From positions 32,001 through 96,000 of the forward strand of contig CAWJSK010000019.1 in assembly GCA_963845535.1 (NCBI GenBank): 64,000 nucleotides of DNA, given 5' to 3'. Origin of the DNA: an uncultured Spirochaetota bacterium (GTDB lineage Bacteria; Spirochaetota; Spirochaetia; SZUA-6; Fen-1364). A model generated the notes under the pieces. It made no database searches, was not told the DNA's origin, and was given only the letters and a program-made list of their open reading frames with translations. Positions 12,216-21,897 of the stretch are shown here, in pieces. The translations under genes were made by a program, and so were the position numbers. Within the stretch, counting starts at the first letter, position 1. Every line of letters starts with the position of its first letter.

Positions 12216-13901
12216 ATGGCAATCGCAAGGCAAGTCATTCTCAGAGTCCCGGTGCCGGCTCCCCGGCCGTCACCCGAGCCGCGGCTGCCGCTCCTGCTCC
12301 TCGTACTTGCATCGTCCATCCTCCTTCCCCTGGCCCTGCCAAGCGAGTTCTTCGGCGGCGCCATCCGCCTGCTCGGCCTCACCCCGGATGAGAGCTTCTT
12401 CTGGGGGAACGGAATGCTGGGGTTTGTGTGCATAGCTCCCGTCTTCTACGCCGTCTCTCGTGCACCGACATTCGGGTTCGCTTCCCTTCTGGGGGTTGTC
12501 TTCGGCGGAATCTCCACGGCTCTTGCCAACTACTGGCTCATGTTCTTCCAGGGCTACACGCTCTGGACCATGGGTGGCACGGTCCTGGGCTACATCGGCT
12601 ATAACGCCCTTCTGTTTCCTTTCCTGCAGGGAGTCTCACGCCTGAGCCCCCGCTACAGACCCTTTCTCCTGGCCACGGCGTGGTGCATCTACGAATACTT
12701 CAAGTCCATCGGGTTCCTCGGCTACCCATGGGGGCTGGTGGCATACCCGGCCGGAGCGTTCCTCCCGCTTGTGCAGTTCGTCGACATTACCGGGATATGG
12801 GGCCTTTCGTTCTTCATGGCTCTCATCAACGCGCTGATCGCGGAAGCCGCGCTCGCCGAACGCCGGGTCCTCTATCTCAGGCAGGCGGCGTTTGGCGTTT
12901 TCCTGATTGCCGCTGCCGTAGCGTACGGCGTCATTCGTATGGCCACTCCAATCCCGGCGGGCACCACGGCGTCCCTTCTCCTGGTCCAGCAGAACTCCAA
13001 TCCGTGGGAAGAGGGCGGCAAGGCCAACCAGAAAGCCGTCAGCGTCAACATGAATCTCACCACGCAGGGCCTTCGCGCAACCAAGCCCGCGCCTGATCTG
13101 GCGGTGTGGAGCGAAAGCTCCGTCACGAACGCCTGGGTGGACAATACCAATACGTTCAGTCCGCCGAACAATCCGCTGGAGCCGTTTTTCAAAACTACTG
13201 GTATCCCCATCCTTTTCGGCGGGGTGGTGGTTGTGAACTACGATCTGCAAGAGTACATGAACGCGGCCATCCTTGTTTCACCGCAGGGGAAGGTGGTGGA
13301 CACCTATGGCAAGATGCATCCCGTCCCGTTTGCAGAGAGCATTCCTTTTTTCGAATACCCGGCCGTTCAACGATTTTTCCGCAACGTCATCGGGGTCTGG
13401 AACCCGTGGTTCATGGGGAGCCGCTACACGATCTTTTCCGTTCCCCTCCGAGCCGGCGGCGTCCTGCGCTTCGGCGTCCCCATCTGCTTCGAGGACGCTT
13501 TTGCCAATCTCGACAGGGGCTACCTCCTGCGCGGCGCTGACATGCTGATCAACATCACCAATGACTCGTGGTCCGACACGTGGTCATCGGAAATCCAGCA
13601 TTTCACGGTGGCCCGATTCCGCGCAATCGAGAACCGACGCGTGCTTGTCAGGTCCACCAACGGCGGAGTCTCCGGAGTGGTGGGCCCGTGGGGAGAAGTC
13701 TGGGGGCGCATGCCTTTCTTCCAGCAGGCGTGGCGTACGGTGCACGTTCCCGTCTTCAAAGAACGCACGCTCACGCCGTACACCCGCTTCGGGGATTGGT
13801 TCCCCAAGGTCTTGATCGCCTTCCTTCTGATTGTGCTTGTTCTGAATGTAGCGATAAAAAAAAGAGAGGCCATCCTGAGCCTGCTGCCCCACAGAGGATA
13901 G
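12216..13901 (+). CDS. lnt: Apolipoprotein N-acyltransferase
   Basis: TM N-domain with GYPWG; nitrilase-fold motifs VWSES, YGKMHPVPFAE, ICFEDAF, TNDSW and RAIENRR. Confidence 0.95.
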   Translation: MAIARQVILRVPVPAPRPSPEPRLPLLLLVLASSILLPLALPSEFFGGAIRLLGLTPDESFFWGNGMLGFVCIAPVFYAVSRAPTFGFASLLGVVFGGISTALANYWLMFFQGYTLWTMGGTVLGYIGYNALLFPFLQGVSRLSPRYRPFLLATAWCIYEYFKSIGFLGYPWGLVAYPAGAFLPLVQFVDITGIWGLSFFMALINALIAEAALAERRVLYLRQAAFGVFLIAAAVAYGVIRMATPIPAGTTASLLLVQQNSNPWEEGGKANQKAVSVNMNLTTQGLRATKPAPDLAVWSESSVTNAWVDNTNTFSPPNNPLEPFFKTTGIPILFGGVVVVNYDLQEYMNAAILVSPQGKVVDTYGKMHPVPFAESIPFFEYPAVQRFFRNVIGVWNPWFMGSRYTIFSVPLRAGGVLRFGVPICFEDAFANLDRGYLLRGADMLINITNDSWSDTWSSEIQHFTVARFRAIENRRVLVRSTNGGVSGVVGPWGEVWGRMPFFQQAWRTVHVPVFKERTLTPYTRFGDWFPKVLIAFLLIVLVLNVAIKKREAILSLLPHRG

Positions 13902-13928
13902 CCTCGTCGGATTCAGGACGGAACCGCC

Positions 13929-14210
13929 TTACTGCATGTCGTCGTAGCCGCCCCTGCGGGGTTCCTTTGGCTTTGCGAAGTTGACCTTGATGTTCCTTCC
14001 ATCTACGGGGGTTTCATTCAACGCCTTGATGGCGGCTTCCGCCTCCGGCTGGTTGGCCATTTCGATAAACCCGAAGCCCTTGGATCTTCCGGTCTGTCGG
14101 TCCTTGATTACTTTGCTTGTCTCAACAGCACCGTACGGGGTGAACAATTGACGCAGGGAATCCTCGTCAATCCGGTAGGGAAGGTTCCCTACGTACAGAT
14201 TCACAGCCAT
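13929..14210 (-). CDS. RRM-domain RNA-binding protein
   Basis: RNP2 LYVGNL and RNP1 KGFGFIEM; AAGGAG RBS. Confidence 0.95.
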   Translation of the reverse strand: MAVNLYVGNLPYRIDEDSLRQLFTPYGAVETSKVIKDRQTGRSKGFGFIEMANQPEAEAAIKALNETPVDGRNIKVNFAKPKEPRRGGYDDMQ

Positions 14211-14302
14211 ACACACTCCTTTTCCGAAAAAACTGTTTCTTGGAGCACGAACGGGTAGGAAAAAACTTCCGAAGCAGCAGGACTCGTGACCAAAGCAGGC
14301 TG

Positions 14303-14331
14303 ATTTTAGCCGCTTTTATACCTGCACGCAA
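14303..14331 (-). promoter_or_regulatory. Sigma70 promoter of the RRM gene
   Basis: TTGCGT-17 nt-TAAAAT with an upstream A-tract. Confidence 0.65.
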
Positions 14332-14512
14332 GCTTTTTTTTCGGCGTTGTTCGACGGCGTTAGCGGCGTCCCCCGAACGCGCACGGCCTCCGCCGAACAC
14401 GCACTTGCGTACCCGCGTACGGGCCCCCGCCGAACGCTGGTGCAATAGCGGAGGGGCCGCGCCGCCGGCTTGCACCGTTGGCACGCGCCCCTCCGCGTTA
14501 TTGCTGGCCCCG

Positions 14513-15757
14513 CTATTTCTTTCCGTGAACCAGGGCGGCCACCATGGCGGGAAGCCCGTAAAGGTTGATGAACCCCGTGGCATCCGCGTGGTCGTAGCTG
14601 GTTGCGCCAAATGAGGCAAGGTCCTTCTGGTACATCGAGTACGGGGACTTGCGCCCCGCAATCACGATGTTTCCTTTATAAAGGACAAGCCGCACCGTGC
14701 CCGTGGTGAAAGCGGACACCTGCTCCATGAATGCCTCCAGGGATTCGCGAAGCGGAGTGAACCACTTCCCGCCGTAGACCAGGTCCGCGTAGGTCTGGGC
14801 CACGTTCTGCTTGAAATGCAGGCAGTCCGTGTCCAGCGTCAGCATCTCCAGCTCCCGGACCGCGGTGTACAGGATGGTCCCGCCCGGAGTCTCATAGACC
14901 CCCCGGCTCTTCATTCCCACCCTGCGGTTCTCCACCACGTCCGCCCTGCCAATTGCGTTCTCCGCTCCCAGCGCGTTCACGGTGGTAAGGATCTGGAACG
15001 GGCTCATCGTCTTGCCGTCCACGGATACCGGGATGCCTTTTTCGAAATCGATCGTCACCTCGGTCTCTTTATCCGGGGCTTCTTTCAAGGACTTCGTGAT
15101 CTGGAACATGGATTCCTGCGGCCTGTTCCACGGATCTTCCAGGTCCCCGCCCTCATGGCTGATGTGCCATGCGTTCATGTCCCGAGAATAGATGTTCTTC
15201 TTGGTGATATTGCCGAGCGGGACGCCATGAGTCTTTGCGTAATCGATGGCTTCCTCCCGCGATCGGATGTTCCACATTCGCCACGGGGCAATCACGACCA
15301 GTTGCGGCGCAAGCGCCTTGTAAGCCAGCTCGAACCTGACCTGGTCATTTCCCTTCCCCGTGCACCCATGGGACACCGCGTCTGCCCCTTCTTTCAGGGC
15401 GATTTCGACCTGCGCCTTTGCCTGAAGGGGCCGGGCGATGGAAGTCCCCAGAAGGTATTTCCCCTCGTAGATGGCTCCCGAGCGGAGCATGGGGAAAAGG
15501 TAGTCCCGCGCAAACTCCTCCCGCAGGTCCATGATGTACAGCTTGGAGGCGCCTGAGGCCTTGGCCTTCTCCTCCAGGCCGCTCAGGTCCTCGTTCTGCC
15601 CCACGTCCGTGCAGACTCCGACCACCTCCGCGCCTTTGTAGTTTTCCTTCAGCCAGGGGATGATGATGGAGGTGTCGAGGCCTCCTGAATACGCAAGGAC
15701 TATTTTCTTCACGTCTTTCTTGACGATGCCTGATCGAATCCCGTTTCCTTCGCTCAT
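14513..15757 (-). CDS. argG: Argininosuccinate synthase
   Basis: LAYSGGLDTS, HGCTGKGNDQVRFE, GMKSRGVYETPGG. Confidence 0.98.
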   Translation of the reverse strand: MSEGNGIRSGIVKKDVKKIVLAYSGGLDTSIIIPWLKENYKGAEVVGVCTDVGQNEDLSGLEEKAKASGASKLYIMDLREEFARDYLFPMLRSGAIYEGKYLLGTSIARPLQAKAQVEIALKEGADAVSHGCTGKGNDQVRFELAYKALAPQLVVIAPWRMWNIRSREEAIDYAKTHGVPLGNITKKNIYSRDMNAWHISHEGGDLEDPWNRPQESMFQITKSLKEAPDKETEVTIDFEKGIPVSVDGKTMSPFQILTTVNALGAENAIGRADVVENRRVGMKSRGVYETPGGTILYTAVRELEMLTLDTDCLHFKQNVAQTYADLVYGGKWFTPLRESLEAFMEQVSAFTTGTVRLVLYKGNIVIAGRKSPYSMYQKDLASFGATSYDHADATGFINLYGLPAMVAALVHGKK

Positions 15758-16953
15758 GCCAGAGCCTCCTCGATGATCTGAACGCCTTTGCTGATTTCCG
15801 CTTCACTCATGATGAGAGGCGGTGCCAGGCGGATGCTGTTCGTTCCCGAGCGCAGCGCGAGGAGCCCCCGTGCCTGCAGGCGGGAAAGCAGGTCCTTCAC
15901 GTCCCCTCCCGTGTATTCGAATCCTTGAAGGAGGCCCTTACCGAGCAGCGCACCCACGCTTTTCTGCCGGGTTTTCAAGGCCTCCAGCCCTTTTCTCAGG
16001 TACTCTCCGCGCTGGCGCACCCGTTGGATGAACCCGGGCTGTGACACCAGCTCCCACACTTTGGCCGCCACCGCGGTGGTTACCGGTCCGCCGCCAAACG
16101 TGGTGCCGTGCTCCCCGGCGTGGATGAGACGCTCCACCTTCTCAGGGATCAGGACGGCGGAGAGAGGCAGGCCTCCGGCGATGGGTTTTGCCAGCGTGAT
16201 GATGTCCGGCTCGAGGCCCACGCCCTCGGACCCATAGAATGTGCCCGTCCGTGCCATGCCCGTTTGCACTTCATCCGCGATAAGAATTGCTCCGGCCTTC
16301 CGGCAGCCATCGTTCAGCGCCCGGGCAAACTCCACCGTCATTGTCCTCAAACCGCCTTCCCCCTGGAGCACTTCGACAATGACGCCGGCCACGTGATCAT
16401 CCAGCATCCCCTTGAGGGCATCGACGTCGTTGTACGGCGCAACGGAGACACCTGGCACCAGCGGCTGGAAAGGCTCCTGGTACTTTGCGCTAGGCGTGCA
16501 GGAAAGGGCCCCGAAGGTCCTCCCGTGGAAACCGTTCTCGAAGCACAGGAGCCGGTCATGGCCAAGACCCTTGGTGCGCAAGGAATGAAGCCGCGCGTAC
16601 TTCAGCGCCGCTTCGTTGGCCTCGGTGCCGCTGTTGCCGAAAAAGACCGAAGCGAACTTGTACGGTCCCGTTGCCAGCATGAGCCGCGCCAGGGAAAGTG
16701 CCGGCTCGGTGGTGAACAGGTTGGAGACGTGATTGAGCTTTCGCATCTGCTGCGCGGCAACCTTTGCCAGGTCTGATCTGCCGTACCCCAGGGCGTTCAC
16801 GGCGATCCCGCCGGCAAAATCCAGGTACTTTTTTCCGGCGATATCCTGGAGCCAGACCCCTTTGCCGCGGGAAATGACCAGCAGCTCCGTTCCGTACTGG
16901 CGGGGGAACGGAAGGTCCGTTGCCATAGCGGGGTCGTGTGTTTTCATTTCCAT
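15754..16953 (-). CDS. argD: Acetylornithine aminotransferase
   Basis: NSGTEANEAALK, FHGRT, DEVQTG and TLAKPIAGG (PLP lysine); arg operon context. Confidence 0.93.
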   Translation of the reverse strand: MEMKTHDPAMATDLPFPRQYGTELLVISRGKGVWLQDIAGKKYLDFAGGIAVNALGYGRSDLAKVAAQQMRKLNHVSNLFTTEPALSLARLMLATGPYKFASVFFGNSGTEANEAALKYARLHSLRTKGLGHDRLLCFENGFHGRTFGALSCTPSAKYQEPFQPLVPGVSVAPYNDVDALKGMLDDHVAGVIVEVLQGEGGLRTMTVEFARALNDGCRKAGAILIADEVQTGMARTGTFYGSEGVGLEPDIITLAKPIAGGLPLSAVLIPEKVERLIHAGEHGTTFGGGPVTTAVAAKVWELVSQPGFIQRVRQRGEYLRKGLEALKTRQKSVGALLGKGLLQGFEYTGGDVKDLLSRLQARGLLALRSGTNSIRLAPPLIMSEAEISKGVQIIEEALA

Positions 16954-17727
16954 ATTCTTGTTCCTTTTCTGCCATCGAGGAGCGCTGCCAGGGATCCTGG
17001 CTCCTCGTATTGACCTATGATGACCGTTTGGACGCCTTTCCCGAGCGCGTCGATGGACGCCGAAACCTTCGGCACCATTCCACCTGTAATAACCCCGGAG
17101 CGGGTGAGCGTTCCCGCCTGTTCGGTGGAAAGCTCGCGGATCACGTTTCCGTCCGAAATGATTCCGGGTATGTCGGAGAGAAAGACCAGCGCGGAGCAGC
17201 GAAGCCGGGCGGCAAGGCTGAACGCGGCAGTGTCCGCATTGAGATTCAGGGCGAGGCCCTCTTTGTCCATGGCGGGTGAGGCGATCACCGGGAGGAAGCC
17301 CTTTTCCAGGAGAAGTACCAGCAGCCTGTCATCCGCCTCCACGACATCCCCGGTCCGGGAAAGAGAGCCGTCCGGCAGCGTCCCGGCGGATTTTCCCTCG
17401 AGGATGCCGCCGTCAGCGCCGCTCAGGCCCACGGCGTCCAGCCCGCGCGTGCGAAAGAGGCGCACGAGCTGCTTGTTGATCTTGCCGGCAAGGACCATGT
17501 CCACGATTTCCATCTCCGCGGCAGAGGTCTGGCGCAGCTCCGTTCGAGAATACCGTGGTGATCCCGAGCTTCTTCGAAACTGATGTCACCTCAGCGCCGC
17601 CGCCGTGCACAAGGATGAAGCTGCGGTCCACGGAAAGCGCGAGCATCTCCCTTGCAAGGCTTGCAAGGTTGGCTTCATTCTCAGCCGCCTTGCCGCCGAT
17701 TTTCAGAAGAACCAGATTCCCTTTCAC
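16944..17727 (-). CDS. argB: Acetylglutamate kinase; frameshift at about 17540
   Basis: LKIGG and VHGGG in one frame; NLNADTAA and GGMVPKV in the next. One extra base interrupts NGLRQTS. Confidence 0.9.
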
Positions 17728-17728
17728 T

Positions 17729-18779
17729 CTACAGCTCCGCCCCGGAGGGGAGCCCAGCGCATTCGTCTATGCCGAACCTGATGTTCATGTCCTGCACGGC
17801 CTGGCCCGAGGCTCCCTTGACGAGGTTGTCTATGACGGAGAAAAGCATGAGGTGCCCGTCCTCGATCCGCCATCCAATGTCGCACCGGTTGGATCCCCAC
17901 ACGTCCCGGGTCTGGGGGACCCGCTCCGCGGTCAGGGAGACAAAGGGCCGGCCGCCGTACGCCTCATGGTAGAGCCCGGCAACCGCCTCCGAAGAGATGG
18001 AGGACGCGAGCCTCGCCACCGTTGTCACCGCCATTCCTCGCCGCAGCGGCGCCATGTGAGGCGTGAACAAGAGGGACAAAGCCTTGTCTGCGGCTGTCAG
18101 CTCCTGGGCAATTTCCTGCGCATGCCGATGCGAAGTGCCCGGGGAATAGGCGTTGACGTTCTCCGAGCGCTCGACGTACAGGAGGTCCACCTTTTCCTTT
18201 CGGCCTGCGCCGGATATTCCCGAGATGGCATTGACGATCACCGTGCCCTCCAGGATTCCCGCTTTTGCAAGCGGCAGGATGGGGAGAAGCGTCGCGGTAG
18301 GGTAGCAGCCTGGGACGGCAATGATGTCCGCGGCCCGAATCTGCTCCGTGCGCCATTCCGCAAGTCCGTACACTGCTTGGGAGGAAAGATCAGGCCGGGG
18401 CATTGCGGCTCCGTAGGCTTTTGCAAAGACCGCAGGGTCCTTGAGCCGGAAGTCCGCGGAAAGATCGATCACCACGGTCTTCCCCAGCAGGGGACCACAG
18501 ACCTCCGCGGATTTCAGGTGCGGAAGGGCGGAAAACACGACGTCCAGCTCCCCCGCTGAGGCTGCCTTCACGGCTTCATCCAGGGAGACAAGCTTGCCTC
18601 CGCTGGCGGCCCATCTTCTGTTCAATGGCCGGGGAAAGGCCCGGGTCAACAGCCCGGACTTGTTGGCCCGCCTGGGAGGAGGAGACGGCGATGATTTCCC
18701 GCACCTCGGGATGCGTCGAGAGAAGGCGGAGAAGGATGCCGCCGGTGTAGCCAGTTGCGCCAAGCACTGCTGTTTTCAT
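17729..18779 (-). CDS. argC: N-acetyl-gamma-glutamyl-phosphate reductase; frameshift at about 18611
   Basis: GATGYTG in the N-terminal frame; IDLSADFR, PGCYPT, SGISGAG and DNLVKGASGQAVQ in the second. Extra G in a GGG run. Confidence 0.92.
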
Positions 18780-19285
18780 TCGTTGCCCTCCGGGAAATCT
18801 GGGATCCGGCCCTTCATGGCTTTCATGAGACGGGCTGGGGAAACGCCGTTGCGCGGGACCACGAGAATGGTGTCATCTCCCGCAATGGTGCCGAGCACCT
18901 CGGACACCCTGAGGTGGTCCAAAGCCGCTGCCACGCTGTTTGCGTGACCAGGGAGCGTGCGGATCAGCCCGAGGGGCCCGGAAAACTCCAATGAGAGGAA
19001 GCCGCGCGTGAAGTCCTGGATGAAGGTCTGGTCCGATGCAGGAGCGGGGTCTTCCGATGTCAGGACGTACGTGTAGCCTCCGTCCGGCCGGGGGGCCTTG
19101 CCGATCCCCATGCGTTTCAGGTCCCGGGAAAGGGTGGCCTGCGTGGCCACGAAGCCTTCTCTGCGCAGGAGTGCAATGAGGGTTTCCTGGCTGTCCACGG
19201 CGCCGCGGGCAATGATGCGCCTGATGGCGGTGAGCCGCTCGATTTTCGTGCCCCTCCGGCGCGCCCCTGTGGAATATTTATTCAT
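18776..19285 (-). CDS. argR: Arginine repressor
   Basis: TQATLSRDL helix and GTIAGDDTILV C-terminal motif; start ATG 19285 (MNKYST). Confidence 0.93.
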   Translation of the reverse strand: MNKYSTGARRRGTKIERLTAIRRIIARGAVDSQETLIALLRREGFVATQATLSRDLKRMGIGKAPRPDGGYTYVLTSEDPAPASDQTFIQDFTRGFLSLEFSGPLGLIRTLPGHANSVAAALDHLRVSEVLGTIAGDDTILVVPRNGVSPARLMKAMKGRIPDFPEGNE

Positions 19286-19307
19286 AGTTACTGGATACAT
19301 ATACAAA
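19269..19307 (-). promoter_or_regulatory. Tandem ARG boxes (ArgR operator)
   Basis: TTTGTATATGTATCCAGT-AAC-TATGAATAAATATTCCAC: two 18-bp boxes 3 bp apart; TTGACG -35 at 19324-19319. Confidence 0.85.
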
Positions 19308-19384
19308 TGACGCGATTGCGTCAAGTGGGGAGGGGCGCTTTTCCAGTCTTGCCACCTCCGCGCGCGGCGCCGTAGAGTGAGCGC

Positions 19385-19951
19385 GTGAAAATCTGCGTGT
19401 TCTGTTCCTCCAGCGACGCCGTGGGTCCCGCCTATTTTGCGGCGGCCGCAGAGATGGGAAGACTGATCGGCGCGGACGGTCACACGCTCGTCTACGGCGG
19501 CGGCAAGGTCGGCATGATGGGCGCCGTGGCCCGCGCCGTGCACGGCAGCGGCGGCCGGGTCATTGGCATCATACCCGACTTCATGCATCGCAAGGCCGTG
19601 GCCTACGAAAGGTGTGACGAGCTGACGGTCACCACCGACATGCGCGAGCGCAAGGCCAGGATGATGGAGACATCAGAGGCGTTCGTGGCCCTGCCGGGAG
19701 GCTTTGGAACGCTGGAGGAGCTTTCAGAGCTGATCACGCAGCTCCAGTTCGGCATCCTGGTGCGACCCTTCGTGCTCGTCAATACGCTGGGGTTCTTTGA
19801 GCCCCTCGCCGCGGTTTTCCAGAAGTTCTACGAGGAAAGATTCGCCAAGCCGGAGCTGGGGCAGGTGCTGTCACTGGTGGCTGACCCGGCCCAGGCCATG
19901 GAGCGAATCCTCGCCTTTGTACCGCCGCCGCTCGTGAGCAAGTGGTTCTAA
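19385..19951 (+). CDS. LOG family nucleotide phosphoribohydrolase (TIGR00730-like)
   Basis: LVYGGGKVGMMG, MRERKARM, PGGFGTLEE. Confidence 0.93.
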   Translation: MKICVFCSSSDAVGPAYFAAAAEMGRLIGADGHTLVYGGGKVGMMGAVARAVHGSGGRVIGIIPDFMHRKAVAYERCDELTVTTDMRERKARMMETSEAFVALPGGFGTLEELSELITQLQFGILVRPFVLVNTLGFFEPLAAVFQKFYEERFAKPELGQVLSLVADPAQAMERILAFVPPPLVSKWF

Positions 19952-20001
19952 AGGCAGGGGCTCCCGGCGCCCAAGGGCGCCCGCCGCGCGAGCCCCGCCT
20001 T
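19951..20001. terminator. GC hairpin between convergent LOG and DUF72 genes
   Basis: AGGCAGGGGCTC...GAGCCCCGCCT enclosing GGCGCCC-AA-GGGCGCC. Confidence 0.5.
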
Positions 20002-20797
20002 AGAGCACCTCCTGCTGCGTGAGGATCTCCTTCATCGTGCGCGCGTTCTGCGCGGCGCTTCCCCGCCAGTGGTTGTTGAAAAAGATCAGCATGATGTGCA
20101 CGCGGGAAAGGATGGTCCTCACTCGGTCCACCCATTCCCCCAGCTCCGCGGAATCATAGAGATAGTCGTAGCGGGACGCGTTGTCTCCGGTCCACCACTG
20201 CGCCTTGTTCCTCCCATGGAACCGCAGGTACGCGAGGTCCGACGTGACCTCCGTGGTTGGCCGCAGGAGCCGGGGAAGGTTGGGCTCATCCACGCTCACA
20301 ATGGCGGCCCCTCTCTGGCGCAGTCCTTCCAGCACCGGAGGCCGAAGCCAGTCGCTCTTTCGAAACTCCACCGCCAGGGGGAGGCCTTCCAGCTTGCCGC
20401 AGAGAGTGGCCAGGCGCTCGCGCGACTCCGGGGTGTAGCCGAAGCTGTAAGGAAACTGGAGGAGGACGGCCGCAAGCCGATTCGCTTCCACAAGCGGCGT
20501 GATCCCGGATCGAAACGCGCTGATATCGCTTTCCCAGCTTTCCCCGATCTCATGGGTCATGGTTCGGTGTGCCTTGAGCGCAAAGAGGAAGCCGTCAGGG
20601 GTCGTACTAATCATTCGCTCCAGCGTCCGCGGGACAGGCTGTTGATAGTAGGAGAAGTTGAGCTCCACCACCGGAAACAGCTTTGAATAGAGGGAAAGGA
20701 AATCCTGCTTGCGGGTGCCGGGCGGGTAGACCGGGCCGACCCAGTCATCGTAGGAGTAGCCGCTGGTGCCAATGAGGAGGCGCGGTTCTTCGGCCAT
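20000..20797 (-). CDS. DUF72 (YecE-like) protein
   Basis: IGTSGYSYDDW, VELNFSYY, LLQFPYSF, AVEFR, YLRFHGRN, FFNNH. Confidence 0.93.
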   Translation of the reverse strand: MAEEPRLLIGTSGYSYDDWVGPVYPPGTRKQDFLSLYSKLFPVVELNFSYYQQPVPRTLERMISTTPDGFLFALKAHRTMTHEIGESWESDISAFRSGITPLVEANRLAAVLLQFPYSFGYTPESRERLATLCGKLEGLPLAVEFRKSDWLRPPVLEGLRQRGAAIVSVDEPNLPRLLRPTTEVTSDLAYLRFHGRNKAQWWTGDNASRYDYLYDSAELGEWVDRVRTILSRVHIMLIFFNNHWRGSAAQNARTMKEILTQQEVL

Positions 20798-21753
20798 CAG
20801 TACCCGTTGCCCCTGTCGACGATGTTCAGAAGCGGCTCCCCCCGCGTCCAGCGTCCCAGGTTGTCAAGGAAAACGTCGAAGGCTTCCTCATCATAGCCGG
20901 GGTGATTACCTGCGTAATGCGGCGTGATGATGACGTTCGGCATGGACCAGAGGGGGTGCCCGTGCGGAAGCGGCTCAGGGTCCGTCACGTCCAGACCCGC
21001 TCCGCGCACGTTCCCCGCGCGAAGCGCGTCGACCAACGCCGGCGTGTCAATGCTTTTGCCGCGGCCGCCGTTCAGGAGGAAGGCCCCCTTCATTGCGGAG
21101 AGCTCTTCCCTGCCAATGAAGGCCCGTGTGTCGGGAGTGTCCGGGAGGAGAACCATGATGAGGCGGGACCGGGCAAGGACTTCCAACCGACGGTCTGGCC
21201 CGACCACCTCATCCGCATGCGCGCTCGGCCTCGGGTTGCGTCGGATCCCCACAACCCGCATCCCCAGCGCCTTGCCAACGGCCGCACAGCTTGCGCCAAT
21301 GCTTCCCATCCCCACGATGCACAGAGTCTTCCCCGTCAGCGTGGCAAGGCCTTCCGGAAGGTTCTCATCCCATCGGCCTTCCTCCTGGCGGATGACCGCG
21401 CGCTTGAGGTTCCTGGTCAACATGAGCGCCATTCCCCAGAGCTGCTCGGCGATGGCGTTGCCATGGATGTGCACGTTCGTGATGGTGGCCGGGTGTGCCA
21501 TGACCTGCGGAAGCGCGAGCAGCGTGTCCACGCCGGCCCATTTGACTTGAAGCCATGAAAGGCTGCGCGCCTTTTCCCAGAAGGCTGGGGGAAGGGAGGA
21601 ATAGCAAATATCGATTTTCCCCACGAGGGACGGGTCCGAGCTGAGATCAGGGGAGGCGACAAGCCTGGCGCCCGGGGCTGCGCGAATGACCCCCGCGCGT
21701 TGTTCGTCGGTCAGGCGCTCGGAAATGAAGATGACGGGATTTTGACGCTGCAT
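20797..21753 (-). CDS. D-2-hydroxyacid dehydrogenase
   Basis: IVGMGSIG, LLNGGRG, GAGLDVTDPEPLP, IITPHYAG; start ATG 21753. Confidence 0.92.
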   Translation of the reverse strand: MQRQNPVIFISERLTDEQRAGVIRAAPGARLVASPDLSSDPSLVGKIDICYSSLPPAFWEKARSLSWLQVKWAGVDTLLALPQVMAHPATITNVHIHGNAIAEQLWGMALMLTRNLKRAVIRQEEGRWDENLPEGLATLTGKTLCIVGMGSIGASCAAVGKALGMRVVGIRRNPRPSAHADEVVGPDRRLEVLARSRLIMVLLPDTPDTRAFIGREELSAMKGAFLLNGGRGKSIDTPALVDALRAGNVRGAGLDVTDPEPLPHGHPLWSMPNVIITPHYAGNHPGYDEEAFDVFLDNLGRWTRGEPLLNIVDRGNGY

Positions 21754-21897
21754 GTCTTTCAAGGAAGCCATGAAAACGATGTTAGTCAAGCCCGCCGCTG
21801 CTCCCGGTGCTCCGCCGCTGCTCCGGGGGGGGCTCCAGGGACTCCTGCTGCTTTTGTTTGCAGTTGACTTCGCCGCATCCGCTGGTAATACTTGCCG

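Noticed and set aside
19286..19588. 100-aa N-terminal extension of ArgR
   Set aside because: Overlaps the divergent LOG gene and the promoter/operator; ArgR homology starts near 19285.
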